A stretch of 50,904 nucleotides of DNA from an uncultured Clostridiaceae bacterium (GCA_964642045.1 CAZXLZ010000001.1:1-50904), one strand, 5' to 3'; positions 8,943 to 17,988 are shown, numbered from the stretch's first letter. Numbers and translations are program-made. Notes: generated by a model not told the origin, from the letters alone.

Positions 8943-10388
8943 TTATTTAATGCACTCAAATATTATAGATTTTTCATCTTCATAAACATTTTTAAAATTT
9001 GTATCCTTTCTTAAGTATTCTACAACATTAGAGTTTAATTCAACAAATACATAATCTACACTATACTTTTCTATTATGTCCATGTAATATGTAGCGTTAT
9101 TTCTAAATTTTTCTGCATCTTTGGCTATTTCTACTTTATTATATTCATAAGTATAAAGGTCACACCTATTGTCAACAAATACTTTTATGTCATTAAATAG
9201 CATATAACTTCCATAATTATATGAGTTAAGTATTATTTTATCTTCAGATATGTTCTCTTTTATATACTCTATTGCCCTTTCCGGATAGTTATCATAAAAG
9301 AAATTATAGGTTTTTATTGAAAAATTGCTTGCTATTATCTGTATATATAATACTAATAATACAACAAATACTATACCTTTATTACTATTACAAATATCTT
9401 TTACTATTTTAAATTCACCTTTAAACGAATTTAATATAAGTGGAAAACATATAATAAAGAGCATATAATGCCTTACACTTATTAAAGCCATTATAGATGT
9501 TATAATAAGAATAAAAATCTCATATGGATTTTTAGAACTTTTTGATGCCGAATATATTATAACTGTTAATATCATAAACACAAAACCTATAGGGTTATTT
9601 TCTATAGTAAGTGACTGAAACTCGCTTATATATTCATTTATAAACGTATTACCTACAGTCTTAAAGACGTATAAAACATTATCTATTCCGAAAGCATTAA
9701 GAAACATTAAAGGAATCGATATTAAAGAAATTATTATTAATGATATCATCAGTTTTTTATTGTATTTTATAAATGCATCTAATATATAAACTCCCATTAT
9801 TATATAGTAAAAAGGCCATACTCCTGCATGGAAATTCGTAATAAGCATTGGTATAATTGTAAGAGTTATATATATTATCCATTTTCCTGATTTTTTTAAA
9901 TTTTCATTTCTAAGAAGTGTTATAACTATAAGCTGCACTAAAAATAGTACAATAGAGAACATATAAGCTCTTACAGATAAAAAATTACCTATAAAAAACA
10001 TTTCTATATATAATGATATATAACTAAAAATTTTATCTTTAGTAATTAGATAGTTTAGCCTATAAAATAACATAGAGACTATAAGTGCTATAATTATTTG
10101 TAAAATATATAATCCCACAAATCTAAAATGTAAATATACATTATATACTATTATAGTAACAATAAAATGTTGTGATATATATTTAAGTCCATCATGAACT
10201 GAAAAAATGTCTTCATTTGTTATTCCTCTTGTTTGATAAAGCTCTCCACATTTTATATCAAAAAAAGTGTCACTTTGAATTTTTACTTTACAAAGTGATA
10301 TAATATATATTATTAAAATTATAGCCATAAATATGATTTTTATGTTTTTTTTATTCTTATTAACTTTAATATTTAAATTTTTATCCAT
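8943..10388 (-). CDS. Polytopic membrane protein, GT-C-like glycosyltransferase candidate
   Basis: 481 aa with more than 10 predicted TM helices, then a soluble C-terminal domain. This architecture is reminiscent of the PMT_2/ArnT-like family. No motif could be verified. Confidence 0.4.
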   Translation of the reverse strand: MDKNLNIKVNKNKKNIKIIFMAIILIIYIISLCKVKIQSDTFFDIKCGELYQTRGITNEDIFSVHDGLKYISQHFIVTIIVYNVYLHFRFVGLYILQIIIALIVSMLFYRLNYLITKDKIFSYISLYIEMFFIGNFLSVRAYMFSIVLFLVQLIVITLLRNENLKKSGKWIIYITLTIIPMLITNFHAGVWPFYYIIMGVYILDAFIKYNKKLMISLIIISLISIPLMFLNAFGIDNVLYVFKTVGNTFINEYISEFQSLTIENNPIGFVFMILTVIIYSASKSSKNPYEIFILIITSIMALISVRHYMLFIICFPLILNSFKGEFKIVKDICNSNKGIVFVVLLVLYIQIIASNFSIKTYNFFYDNYPERAIEYIKENISEDKIILNSYNYGSYMLFNDIKVFVDNRCDLYTYEYNKVEIAKDAEKFRNNATYYMDIIEKYSVDYVFVELNSNVVEYLRKDTNFKNVYEDEKSIIFECIK

Positions 10389-10390
10389 AT

Positions 10391-10423
10391 ATAATCCCCT
10401 TAATATATTCTTAAGGGGATTAT
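10391..10423 (-). promoter_or_regulatory. Perfect 12-bp hairpin that sequesters the RBS of the 8943-10388 gene
   Basis: ATAATCCCCTTA (10391-10402) pairs perfectly with TAAGGGGATTAT (10412-10423). On the mRNA the 3' arm contains the AAGGGGA SD, 7 nt before ATG 10388. Confidence 0.4.
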
Positions 10424-10481
10424 ATCATAATATATTTTTAAAATCAATAAATAAAATTTAGTTCTATTAAAGCTGTTAATA

Positions 10482-11627
10482 TTAATCAATATATATAATA
10501 TCAAGTAAATTAGCTAAGCATCTTGATGCTCTATATGCCTCATCTAAGGTATTACCTGTAGAACCTATCTCAATTAAAATAGACATATTATTTAAGTCCT
10601 GGTTATATATAGAGTTACGTATAATCATAGGTCTAAAAAGTCCCGGATATACCTTTTCTGCAAGGAGCATCATCTTTAATGCTAAATTCAAATTTTCATC
10701 ATAGTATTCATTTCTTGTTCCATCATATCCAACACCTATAATGAGCATACACTGTGCAACCTCTACACCGCCTATAACGCATTTTGGCGCAAAACTTAAA
10801 TCCTCAATTGCATCTCTATGTAAATCAATAGATATTCCAAACTCACCATACTTTTCTTTATTTGCAAGAATAGATGCGCCAGAACTTCCATATGACATGG
10901 TATACGAACCATAATCATGCCCTGTTTTATCCTGAATTATAGTTATATTCCTTTCTTTTATAAATTTAGTAAATCTACTTGCAACACTTATCATGTTATA
11001 ATTTTCATCTGTCGTTCTATACGTTCCCGTATATGAGAAATTAAACATTTCACTGCAAGAATAAGTTTCTGATGCATGCGTATCATATACAAATATTTTA
11101 TCATTAGATTTAGTAAGTGTAATATTTTTGTTCATTATATCTGTATAAGGAATATTTGGAAGATCTGAAAAATCTTTTATTAGTATAGTAGAAGAAATAT
11201 TTACAGCTTCATACCCTGGACCTTGTGAGATAACATATCCTACATTAGTTAAAGAATTTAGATAATTTCTAGCCTCTGCTTTATCAATATTATCTATAAG
11301 TCCATAATTTACATTATCTATTATAACTTCTTCTGGTTCTTCTTTAATTTGGGCTATTTCATCATTATTTACTTCAGCTACTATATAATTTTTTTCATTA
11401 AATACAGGATATATGTTTCTTACTATTTCTACCGCACTTGGCATTATATCTATATTTTGAAGACTATTACTTAAATAAAATATATTTTTATATATACTAC
11501 TATTTTCAAAAGTGTACATTAAAAGTATAGCAAGAATAATAAGCAAAATTATTTTTTCTACATACTTTATTATTCCATCTTTATTCTTTAGTAGATTACT
11601 TTTCATTTTATCAAAAAAAACAGTCAT
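10482..11627 (-). CDS. spoIIP: Stage II sporulation protein P
   Basis: N-terminal TM, IFVYDTHASETYS and IDLHRDA motifs, and a C-terminal amidase-like region typical of SpoIIP. Confidence 0.8.
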   Translation of the reverse strand: MTVFFDKMKSNLLKNKDGIIKYVEKIILLIILAILLMYTFENSSIYKNIFYLSNSLQNIDIMPSAVEIVRNIYPVFNEKNYIVAEVNNDEIAQIKEEPEEVIIDNVNYGLIDNIDKAEARNYLNSLTNVGYVISQGPGYEAVNISSTILIKDFSDLPNIPYTDIMNKNITLTKSNDKIFVYDTHASETYSCSEMFNFSYTGTYRTTDENYNMISVASRFTKFIKERNITIIQDKTGHDYGSYTMSYGSSGASILANKEKYGEFGISIDLHRDAIEDLSFAPKCVIGGVEVAQCMLIIGVGYDGTRNEYYDENLNLALKMMLLAEKVYPGLFRPMIIRNSIYNQDLNNMSILIEIGSTGNTLDEAYRASRCLANLLDIIYID

Positions 11628-11683
11628 AATTACACACCCTAATTCCTTAGTTAATGTATATTACAACTGTAAATTTTTTATTA

Positions 11684-12100
11684 CTATAAAATGTTATCTA
11701 TTTCTTTTGCGTACTTGTCCATAAGCTTTACTGCTCTTTCTTTTAAATCTACAACCTCTTTTTTTATATCAAGCAATTTTTCTTTTTCTAATTCTATCAA
11801 ATGCTCAATTCTAGCTTTTTCTTCATTTGCTTCAATTCTTGCAGATTCTATTATCTTTTTAGATTGGTCTTCTGCAGTAATTAAAGCATTAGCTACTTTT
11901 TCTTGTCTTTGGATATAGTCTGCTTCAAATCTTTCTATTTTTTTCTTAACTATTGTAAGTTCATTAGATAATCTATTAGAGTCTGACCTTTCAACCTGAA
12001 GTTTTGTTTCATATTCAGATTTTAGTTCTTTTATATAGTCATCCACCTCTGATTTATTATAGCCAAACATCTCGTTTGAAAATTTCTTGTCTAAATCCAT
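11684..12100 (-). CDS. DivIVA domain-containing protein
   Basis: MDLDKKFSNEMFGYNKSEVDDYIKEL is a DivIVA N-terminal motif, followed by coiled coil. The start is set at the ATG preceded by GGAGGGG. Confidence 0.7.
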   Translation of the reverse strand: MDLDKKFSNEMFGYNKSEVDDYIKELKSEYETKLQVERSDSNRLSNELTIVKKKIERFEADYIQRQEKVANALITAEDQSKKIIESARIEANEEKARIEHLIELEKEKLLDIKKEVVDLKERAVKLMDKYAKEIDNIL

Positions 12101-12355
12101 CTTTAATACCCCTCCAAGATTTTCAAATCTAATTGTACAATATTTGGTTCGAATTTTCAAGTTATTTTAAAAATTTATAACTGCAAATAAAAAATATAAC
12201 ACATGTAATTAATAAAATTTAATAATTTGTAACATAAAAAAATCTAATATTGTTTAATATAAAAACATATTAAGATATATTCTTATTTTAATTTAATATC
12301 AAAAAGCACCAATTTTACTAGATGATAATTTATTTCATTTTCTTAAGCAATATAT

Positions 12356-12384
12356 TTCTTAATCTGACATTCATATGCTATAAT
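12356..12384 (+). promoter_or_regulatory. Extended -10 promoter of the small-peptide (toxin-like) gene
   Basis: TGcTATAAT at 12376-12384. The -35 at 12356-12361 (TTCTTA) is weak. Confidence 0.45.
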
Positions 12385-12425
12385 CAAAATATCCTTTCTA
12401 AGGATAGAAAGGAGGGTAACGTAAA

Positions 12426-12515
12426 ATGTATTTACTTATACAAATTGTGAATGTGATAGCACAAATTATAAATGCAATCTGCAATTTATATAATACTACT
12501 CACAAACACAACTAA
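12426..12515 (+). CDS. 29-aa hydrophobic peptide, type I toxin candidate
   Basis: ATG 12426 lies 10 nt after AGAAAGGAGG. The peptide is MYLLIQIVNVIAQIINAICNLYNTTHKHN, with a hydrophobic N-terminus and a polar, basic tail. The SD is half buried in a perfect 9-bp 5' hairpin (12392-12400 / 12405-12413). An intrinsic terminator follows directly. Confidence 0.45.
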   Translation: MYLLIQIVNVIAQIINAICNLYNTTHKHN

Positions 12516-12519
12516 GCTA

Positions 12520-12550
12520 TTAGCATGAGTTCCAGCTCATGCTAATTTTA
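12520..12550 (+). terminator. Intrinsic terminator of the peptide mRNA
   Basis: TTAGCATGAG-TTCCAG-CTCATGCTAA followed by TTTTATTTTATT. Confidence 0.75.
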
Positions 12551-12574
12551 TTTTATTCCATTTTTATGATTTTA

Positions 12575-12727
12575 TTCAAAAATTGAGAAGATAGTTCCAG
12601 CTATCTCCTCGTAACGTATTTGTATTTACTTTTTCCTTCCCTAACCTTCAGAAAGGAGGTGATCAATATGGTTAGACCAATTATTTTTCACCATTGTGCA
12701 TCAAGATTATATAATAATCTAAATACA
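12575..12727 (-). ncRNA. Convergent ~150-nt sRNA, antitoxin candidate, carrying a 16S 3'-tail mimic
   Basis: It is bounded by a consensus minus-strand promoter (12734-12762) and a minus-strand terminator. The terminator is GAGGAGATAG-CUGGAA-CUAUCUUCUC plus AAUUUUUG (12585-12610); it forms a G-U pair on this strand but an A-C mismatch on the other. There is no ORF with an RBS. It contains GATCACCTCCTTTCT and AAGTAAATACAAATACGTTAC, complementary to the peptide SD and start region. Confidence 0.55.
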
Positions 12728-12733
12728 TCAATA

Positions 12734-12762
12734 ATTATAACATTTTATAAATAACTTGTCAA
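12734..12762 (-). promoter_or_regulatory. Consensus sigma-A promoter of the sRNA
   Basis: Minus strand reads TTGACA (12762-12757), 17 nt, TGtTATAAT (-10 at 12739-12734). Confidence 0.7.
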
Positions 12763-12838
12763 CATTGTATATAGAAGTTTATAGCAATAATTTTATATTC
12801 AGATACTGTACATTCATTTAATATTATTTATTATATTT

Positions 12839-13429
12839 TTAAACTATAATTCTAAAAAATACCTGTTCTATACATAAACTAAGCATTATAAATGGTATGG
12901 TCATGATAGCATATATAAGCATCTTAAAAAGTATTCGTATAACTCCATTTAAATTTAACTTCATTAATAGCTCATCTGAACTTTTTAAGCACTCTACCGA
13001 AAGAACTATATATATAAGAATCAATATAAAATTAGGTAAAATCGCAACAGAAATACTACTAAGTATACCTTTTAACGGTCCAAACACACTAAATAAAATG
13101 CAGATATACATAGATAAAGATATACCTTTAAATAAAATAACTGCTGAGACTATTCCAAAAGATATTACTGTAAAAGATGCAAATATAAATACTGCTATTA
13201 GGCAAGAATTTATTTGCATTCCATTTTTTATAATATTAATCCCTGTAAAACCTTCTACACTTGCTATATCAACAGTATTTTTTACCGAGTTTATAAGCTG
13301 TAATTTATTTTCCCCGCCTAAAAATCCAAATATAACAAAACCAATAATTATTCCTAAGATATAAATAATCACAAAGAGTGTTAAGTTTTTTAGATTATAT
13401 AATATATATTTTTTCACTTGTTCTTTCAA
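12839..13429 (-). CDS. spoIIM: Stage II sporulation protein M
   Basis: 196-aa polytopic protein. LFKGISLS and AILPNFILILIYIV are colinear with B. subtilis SpoIIM FLKGVVVGF and VLPQNLFIVPAYII, as recalled from memory. Confidence 0.65.
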   Translation of the reverse strand: MKEQVKKYILYNLKNLTLFVIIYILGIIIGFVIFGFLGGENKLQLINSVKNTVDIASVEGFTGINIIKNGMQINSCLIAVFIFASFTVISFGIVSAVILFKGISLSMYICILFSVFGPLKGILSSISVAILPNFILILIYIVLSVECLKSSDELLMKLNLNGVIRILFKMLIYAIMTIPFIMLSLCIEQVFFRIIV

Positions 13430-13474
13430 TATTTATCACCACACACCACATTATATGTGAGGCTTAAAAATTAA

Positions 13475-13939
13475 TTACAAGTTTTTAATTGCTCCTACTG
13501 CTAGTCTATCACATCTATTGTTATATTCATTATCTGCGTGCCCCTTTACTTTTATAAACTTTACATCATGAATAGACATGCATTTTAATAATCTTTCCCA
13601 AAGTTCAACATTTTTAACTGGTGATTTATCAGATTTAACCCAGTTTTTCTTTTTCCAGCCAAATACCCAGCCTTTTTCCACACTATCCACAACATACGTA
13701 CTATCACTGTATACTGTAACTTCACATGGATATTTTAAATGTTCTAGTCCCATTATTACAGCCATCATTTCCATTTTATTATTAGTAGTATTTTTATCAG
13801 CTCCAACAATCTCTTTTTCATTCCCATCACACATTAAAATTGCTGCATATCCACCTGGACCAGGATTACCACTACATGCACCATCTGTATACATAGTTAC
13901 TTTTTTCTTCTCATCTGAAATCATATTTTTCTCCTTCAC
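13475..13939 (-). CDS. rnhA: Ribonuclease HI
   Basis: YTDGACSGNPGPGGYAAIL, NNKMEMMAV, DSTYV and KGHADNEYNNRCDRLA. Confidence 0.85.
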   Translation of the reverse strand: MKEKNMISDEKKKVTMYTDGACSGNPGPGGYAAILMCDGNEKEIVGADKNTTNNKMEMMAVIMGLEHLKYPCEVTVYSDSTYVVDSVEKGWVFGWKKKNWVKSDKSPVKNVELWERLLKCMSIHDVKFIKVKGHADNEYNNRCDRLAVGAIKNL

Positions 13940-14019
13940 TTGTTTAAATTATATATTTATGATAAGATATTATATCATACACAAAAATTTTATACAATCA
14001 TATTGGAGGTTTGTTATTT

Positions 14020-15210
14020 TTGAAAGTATTAGGAATAATTGCAGAATATAACCCTATGCATAATGGGCACATATATCACCTAGCAAAAGCAAAGGAAGTG
14101 ACAAAGGCTGACTACACAATTCTTGTTATGTCAGGAAGTTTTACTCAGACAGGAAATATTTCATGCATTAATAAATTTACTAAGGCTAAAATTGCAAAAA
14201 ATCTAGGAATTGACCTTGTTTTAGAACTTCCTACAATCTATTCAACTGCAAGTAGTGAATATTTTGCATATGGTGCAATTAAGTTATTAAATAGTTTAGG
14301 AATTGTAGATTATATATGCTTTGGAGGAGAAACAGATGATGTAAAGCTTCTTGAAAGTATTGCAGATAAAATAATCTTAAATCAAGAAAAGATTTGGGAA
14401 AACATTAGAAGTATGGATAAAAATATATCCTTTGCAAGTAACAGAAGCATGGCTTTAATGAATTTTTTGGATGCTGATGAATATGTAGAAGTAGGAAAAC
14501 CTAATAATATACTTGGAATAGAATATATAAAAGCAATAAAAAAACAGGAAAGTAGCATTGTCCCTTATGCTATAAAAAGGAACAAATCTGGTTTTAAAGA
14601 TTTAGAAATAAATAGTGATATGCCTAGTAGCACAAGTATACGTTATACATTAAGAAAGCATGACCTATCTTTACTTATTCCCGCAGTTCCTGGTGATGTA
14701 TATTATGAACTTATGACAAACGGTTACGTTTTAAATGAAGATATGTTTAAACTATTAAAGTATAAAATTCAGGCAATGTCTAAAGAAGATTTAAGTAAAA
14801 TAAATGAGATAAAGGAAGGTCTAGAAAACAAAATAAAGAAGGCCATTGTTGAAGCAGAAGATTATGATGATTTACTTAGAATTGTAAAATCTAAAAGATA
14901 CACTGCAACTACACTTAAAAGAATATTTGTGTATATAGTTTTAGATATCACAAAAGAATTTTTCAAGAGTTCCTACGAATATGGTAAAATCTATGCACAT
15001 GTCCTTAGTATGAATGAAAATGGTAAAAAGCTTTTATCTGAAATATCTAAAAAATCGAATATTCCTATATTTACGTCAATAAATGATAATATTTTAAATA
15101 AATTAGATAGAGAAATGTTTAGAATGTTAAATTTAGATATTTTTGCATGTAATACTCATTCTATTGTGTCAAATAGTAAATTAAATTTAGATTACACAAA
15201 TAAATTATAA
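14020..15210 (+). CDS. tmcAL: tRNA(Met) cytidine acetate ligase (UPF0348 nucleotidyltransferase)
   Basis: GIIAEYNPMHNGHIYHL and the overall length match. The TTG at 14020 is 9 nt after GGAGG and is preferred over the 14011 TTG. Confidence 0.75.
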   Translation: MKVLGIIAEYNPMHNGHIYHLAKAKEVTKADYTILVMSGSFTQTGNISCINKFTKAKIAKNLGIDLVLELPTIYSTASSEYFAYGAIKLLNSLGIVDYICFGGETDDVKLLESIADKIILNQEKIWENIRSMDKNISFASNRSMALMNFLDADEYVEVGKPNNILGIEYIKAIKKQESSIVPYAIKRNKSGFKDLEINSDMPSSTSIRYTLRKHDLSLLIPAVPGDVYYELMTNGYVLNEDMFKLLKYKIQAMSKEDLSKINEIKEGLENKIKKAIVEAEDYDDLLRIVKSKRYTATTLKRIFVYIVLDITKEFFKSSYEYGKIYAHVLSMNENGKKLLSEISKKSNIPIFTSINDNILNKLDREMFRMLNLDIFACNTHSIVSNSKLNLDYTNKL

Positions 15211-15216
15211 CAAATA

Positions 15217-15244
15217 GCAGCTTATAACTAAAGTTTTAAGCTGC
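15217..15244. terminator. Bidirectional hairpin between convergent tmcAL and holA
   Basis: GCAGCTTA (15217-15224) pairs with TAAGCTGC (15237-15244), with T-rich flanks. Confidence 0.6.
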
Positions 15245-15251
15245 ATTTATT

Positions 15252-16169
15252 TTACATCATACATATTATTTTTTTTAGACCAATATCAAAATCTAACTTC
15301 CCTATCTTTGTATTTTTATCATACTCATCAAATTTTTTTATAATATATTCAAGCTGCTTAATAGTATATTTCCCAGCATTTTTACAAAGTTTAGAATAAA
15401 TAAAAGGATGAATTTTAAGTATAGAGTTTGGATCAGATAATGCTTTATCCTCTTTCATTAGCTTTATCAAATATAACTGCTTTATTTGTTTATATAACAT
15501 TATTGATATTTTTATTGATGGCTCTTTTTGCCTAATCAGTTCATCTAGCATACCTGCCGCTTTTTCATGATTTTTTTCCATAGCCATGTCAAGCATATCA
15601 AATATTTTAGAATTTAATGTTTTAGAACATACTTTATCAATAACCTCTTTAGTAACATTTGAATTTTCTCCTAAAAAAGCCACTAATTTTTGCATTTCAT
15701 TTATATTATTAGTCTTATCTATTCCACAAACAGATACCATATATTCTGCTACATCCTTCTTAATTTCTATATTATACTTTTTTAGTATTGAAATTATATA
15801 TAGTGCCATTTCATTTTCATTTAGGAATTTAAATTCTTTAACAGTTGCTTTTTTTGCTAGCTCTTTATACTGTGAAGTTCTCTTATCTACGCTATCTTCT
15901 ATTATAATATAAACGTCCTCTTCATCAGAGCTTTTTATCATATTTTGTATATCGAATTTAAGAGAAGTATCTTTAATTATTACTAGCTTATTTTCACCAA
16001 AAAAGTTTACCATATCATATAGTTTATCCAGCTGATCTATATTATCATTTGTTATATTAAAAAAGTTAACGCTAGCTTCTAGCCTATCAAACTTTTTCTT
16101 TATACTCTCTACTTCTCTATATAGCTCATATTTTTCTTCACCATAAAATAAATAAATCATATATATCAC
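15252..16169 (-). CDS. holA: DNA polymerase III delta subunit
   Basis: YLFYGEEKYEL N-terminus, about 300 aa, and a delta-subunit-like helical C-terminus. Confidence 0.8.
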   Translation of the reverse strand: MIYMIYLFYGEEKYELYREVESIKKKFDRLEASVNFFNITNDNIDQLDKLYDMVNFFGENKLVIIKDTSLKFDIQNMIKSSDEEDVYIIIEDSVDKRTSQYKELAKKATVKEFKFLNENEMALYIISILKKYNIEIKKDVAEYMVSVCGIDKTNNINEMQKLVAFLGENSNVTKEVIDKVCSKTLNSKIFDMLDMAMEKNHEKAAGMLDELIRQKEPSIKISIMLYKQIKQLYLIKLMKEDKALSDPNSILKIHPFIYSKLCKNAGKYTIKQLEYIIKKFDEYDKNTKIGKLDFDIGLKKIICMM

Positions 16170-17489
16170 CTATTTTAAATAATTCATCTTTTCTCTTATG
16201 ACCTTAATATTTTCCAAACTTCTTTTTGCATACATCTCATATTTTAACTTTTTGTCCTTAATCCTTGTATCTAGTCCTCTAATTATTCCAAAATTTGCAT
16301 TCATTGGCTGATAGTCCTTATTTTCTGTTGATATATATTTAGAAAGTGCTCCCATAATGCTTAAATCTTCTAGTTTTAATATATCATTATTTTCTTTTGC
16401 TATTATGTCTAGAGCAACTATCATTCCTGACATAGCCGATTCAACATATCCTTCTACTCCTGATATCTGTCCTGCAAAATATATATTATCATTACTTTTT
16501 AAACTAAAATTACTATTTAGAAGCTTTGAGCCATTTATATATGTATTCCTATGCATAACACCATACCTTAAAAACACTGCATTTTCAAGTCCGGGTATCA
16601 TTCTAAATATCCTTTCTTGCTCACCAAATTTAAGACTCGTTTGAAATCCAACCATATTATATGCCTTGCTTCTACTATCTTCTGCTCTTAACTGAACAAC
16701 TGCATAACTTCTTTTTCCATCTATTTCTAACCCAACGGGCTTTAACATTCCAAAAGTTAAAGTTTTTTCTCCTCTTTTTGCCATTTCTTCTACTGGCATG
16801 CAGCCCTCAAATAACAACAGTTTATCAAAGTCATGTCTACTTGCACTTTCAGCTGAAATTAAGGCATTATAGAAATTAAGGTATTCTTCTTTATTAAGCG
16901 GAAGATTTAAATAATCTCCCTCACCTATTTTTCCATATCTATCCATTCTATATGCAACGCTCATATTTATACTATCTGCATCTATAATAGGAGCTGCTGC
17001 ATCATAGAAATATAGATTATCTTCATTAAAAAAATTTTTTAAGCTTTCTGAAAATTCATCTGATGTAAGCGGACCTGTTGCTATAACTGTCTTCTCACCA
17101 GTAGTTATAAAGCTAGATATATCTGTAATTTCTTCATGTATAACCTCTATATTATCCATTCTATTTATTTTTTCTGTTATATATAAAGAAAATTTTTCTC
17201 TATCTACTGCTAAAGCTTGTCCTGCTTCTACTCTTGCATAATCTGCTGCCTCTAGCATTAAACTCCCAAAATATCTCATTTCTTCTTTTAAAAGCCCACA
17301 TGCATTAGTAATACTTTCAGATTTTAGAGAATTACTGCATACAAGTTCTCCAAAATTATCACTTTTATGTGCAGCGCTTTTTTTATATGGCTTCATATCA
17401 TATAACTTTACATTTATTCCATTTCTAGCAAGTATATATGCACATTCACACCCTGCAAGCCCCGCACCAATTACATTAACATTTATCAT
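16170..17489 (-). CDS. trmFO: Methylenetetrahydrofolate-tRNA-(uracil-5-)-methyltransferase
   Basis: VIGAGLAGCECA FAD motif, and a 439-aa TrmFO/Gid pattern throughout. Confidence 0.9.
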   Translation of the reverse strand: MINVNVIGAGLAGCECAYILARNGINVKLYDMKPYKKSAAHKSDNFGELVCSNSLKSESITNACGLLKEEMRYFGSLMLEAADYARVEAGQALAVDREKFSLYITEKINRMDNIEVIHEEITDISSFITTGEKTVIATGPLTSDEFSESLKNFFNEDNLYFYDAAAPIIDADSINMSVAYRMDRYGKIGEGDYLNLPLNKEEYLNFYNALISAESASRHDFDKLLLFEGCMPVEEMAKRGEKTLTFGMLKPVGLEIDGKRSYAVVQLRAEDSRSKAYNMVGFQTSLKFGEQERIFRMIPGLENAVFLRYGVMHRNTYINGSKLLNSNFSLKSNDNIYFAGQISGVEGYVESAMSGMIVALDIIAKENNDILKLEDLSIMGALSKYISTENKDYQPMNANFGIIRGLDTRIKDKKLKYEMYAKRSLENIKVIREKMNYLK

Positions 17490-17575
17490 TTTTTACCTCG
17501 TAATATATAATTTCATTATATTACAAATTTCCTTTGTTTTCAAGGAAAATTATTAATTTGTAATATATAGTAAAC

Positions 17576-17604
17576 TTGACATAATATGTTTTTTATGCTA
17601 TAAT
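17576..17604 (+). promoter_or_regulatory. Consensus promoter of cassette 1
   Basis: TTGACA (17576-17581), 17 nt, TGcTATAAT (-10 at 17599-17604). Confidence 0.7.
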
Positions 17605-17628
17605 ATTAGTTAAGTATTAATAATTTTA

Positions 17629-17672
17629 AATACGCATCAGTATGCATATTGTTTGTGTGCAATTGCGTATAA
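17629..17672 (+). promoter_or_regulatory. Conserved leader element, copy 1
   Basis: AATACGCATCAGTATG (17629-17644) is identical to 18041-18056. TGCGTATAA (17664-17672) is identical to 18079-18087. ATACGCAT-CAGT-ATGCATAT can form a local hairpin, or ATACGCA can pair with the distal TGCGTAT. Confidence 0.5.
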
Positions 17673-17695
17673 TAATTTTTGAAAGGAAAAGAAAA

Positions 17696-17908
17696 ATGAA
17701 AAAAATAATTACTTTTTTAGTATTGGCCATTCTCGCTTCAGTTCTGCTCACAGGATGCGAGCAAAACAAAGAAATTACGTTCAAGGAAAGCGATGAATCT
17801 TCATCCTGTCTTATAAAAGACAGATATGGAGAAAACAAGCCTGTTCCCATAAAAAATGGGGGCGCTATTGAAATTGACGACAATACAGTCGTCATTGACC
17901 TTGGCTAA
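17696..17908 (+). CDS. Small lipoprotein (70 aa)
   Basis: MKKIITFLVLAILASVLLTGC has a signal peptide and lipobox. G+C is visibly higher than in flanking DNA. Confidence 0.7.
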   Translation: MKKIITFLVLAILASVLLTGCEQNKEITFKESDESSSCLIKDRYGENKPVPIKNGGAIEIDDNTVVIDLG

Positions 17909-17912
17909 TTTT

Positions 17913-17945
17913 ATCCCACTTCTTTAATTAGAAGTGGGATTTTTA
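17913..17945 (+). terminator. Intrinsic terminator of cassette 1
   Basis: ATCCCACTTC-TTTAATTA-GAAGTGGGAT followed by TTTTT. Confidence 0.8.
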
Positions 17946-17988
17946 TTTATCATATATTTAAAAAATCACATTTTTATTTACATAATTA

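Noticed and set aside
12646-12666. Possible fragment of a 16S rRNA gene
   Set aside because: Only 15 nt match the 16S 3' tail. Nothing rRNA-like flanks it.
12668-12754. 28-aa plus-strand ORF (MVRPIIFHHCASRLYNNLNTSIIITFYK) behind a perfect GAAAGGAGGTGATC SD
   Set aside because: - No plus-strand promoter is visible between the upstream terminator and this ORF.
- The opposite strand has a consensus promoter and a terminator that pairs properly only on that strand.
- The SD is therefore better explained as the complement of an anti-SD segment in a minus-strand sRNA.

The ORF is kept as the alternative hypothesis in the finding.
12897-14051. Plus-strand ORFs 12897-13364 and 13578-14051
   Set aside because: They are antisense to spoIIM and rnhA, which have clear family motifs. 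There are no RBSs.
17626-17895. 89-aa minus-strand ORF overlapping the lipoprotein gene
   Set aside because: The plus-strand gene has a promoter, a signal peptide with lipobox, and a terminator. The minus-strand ORF has none of these.
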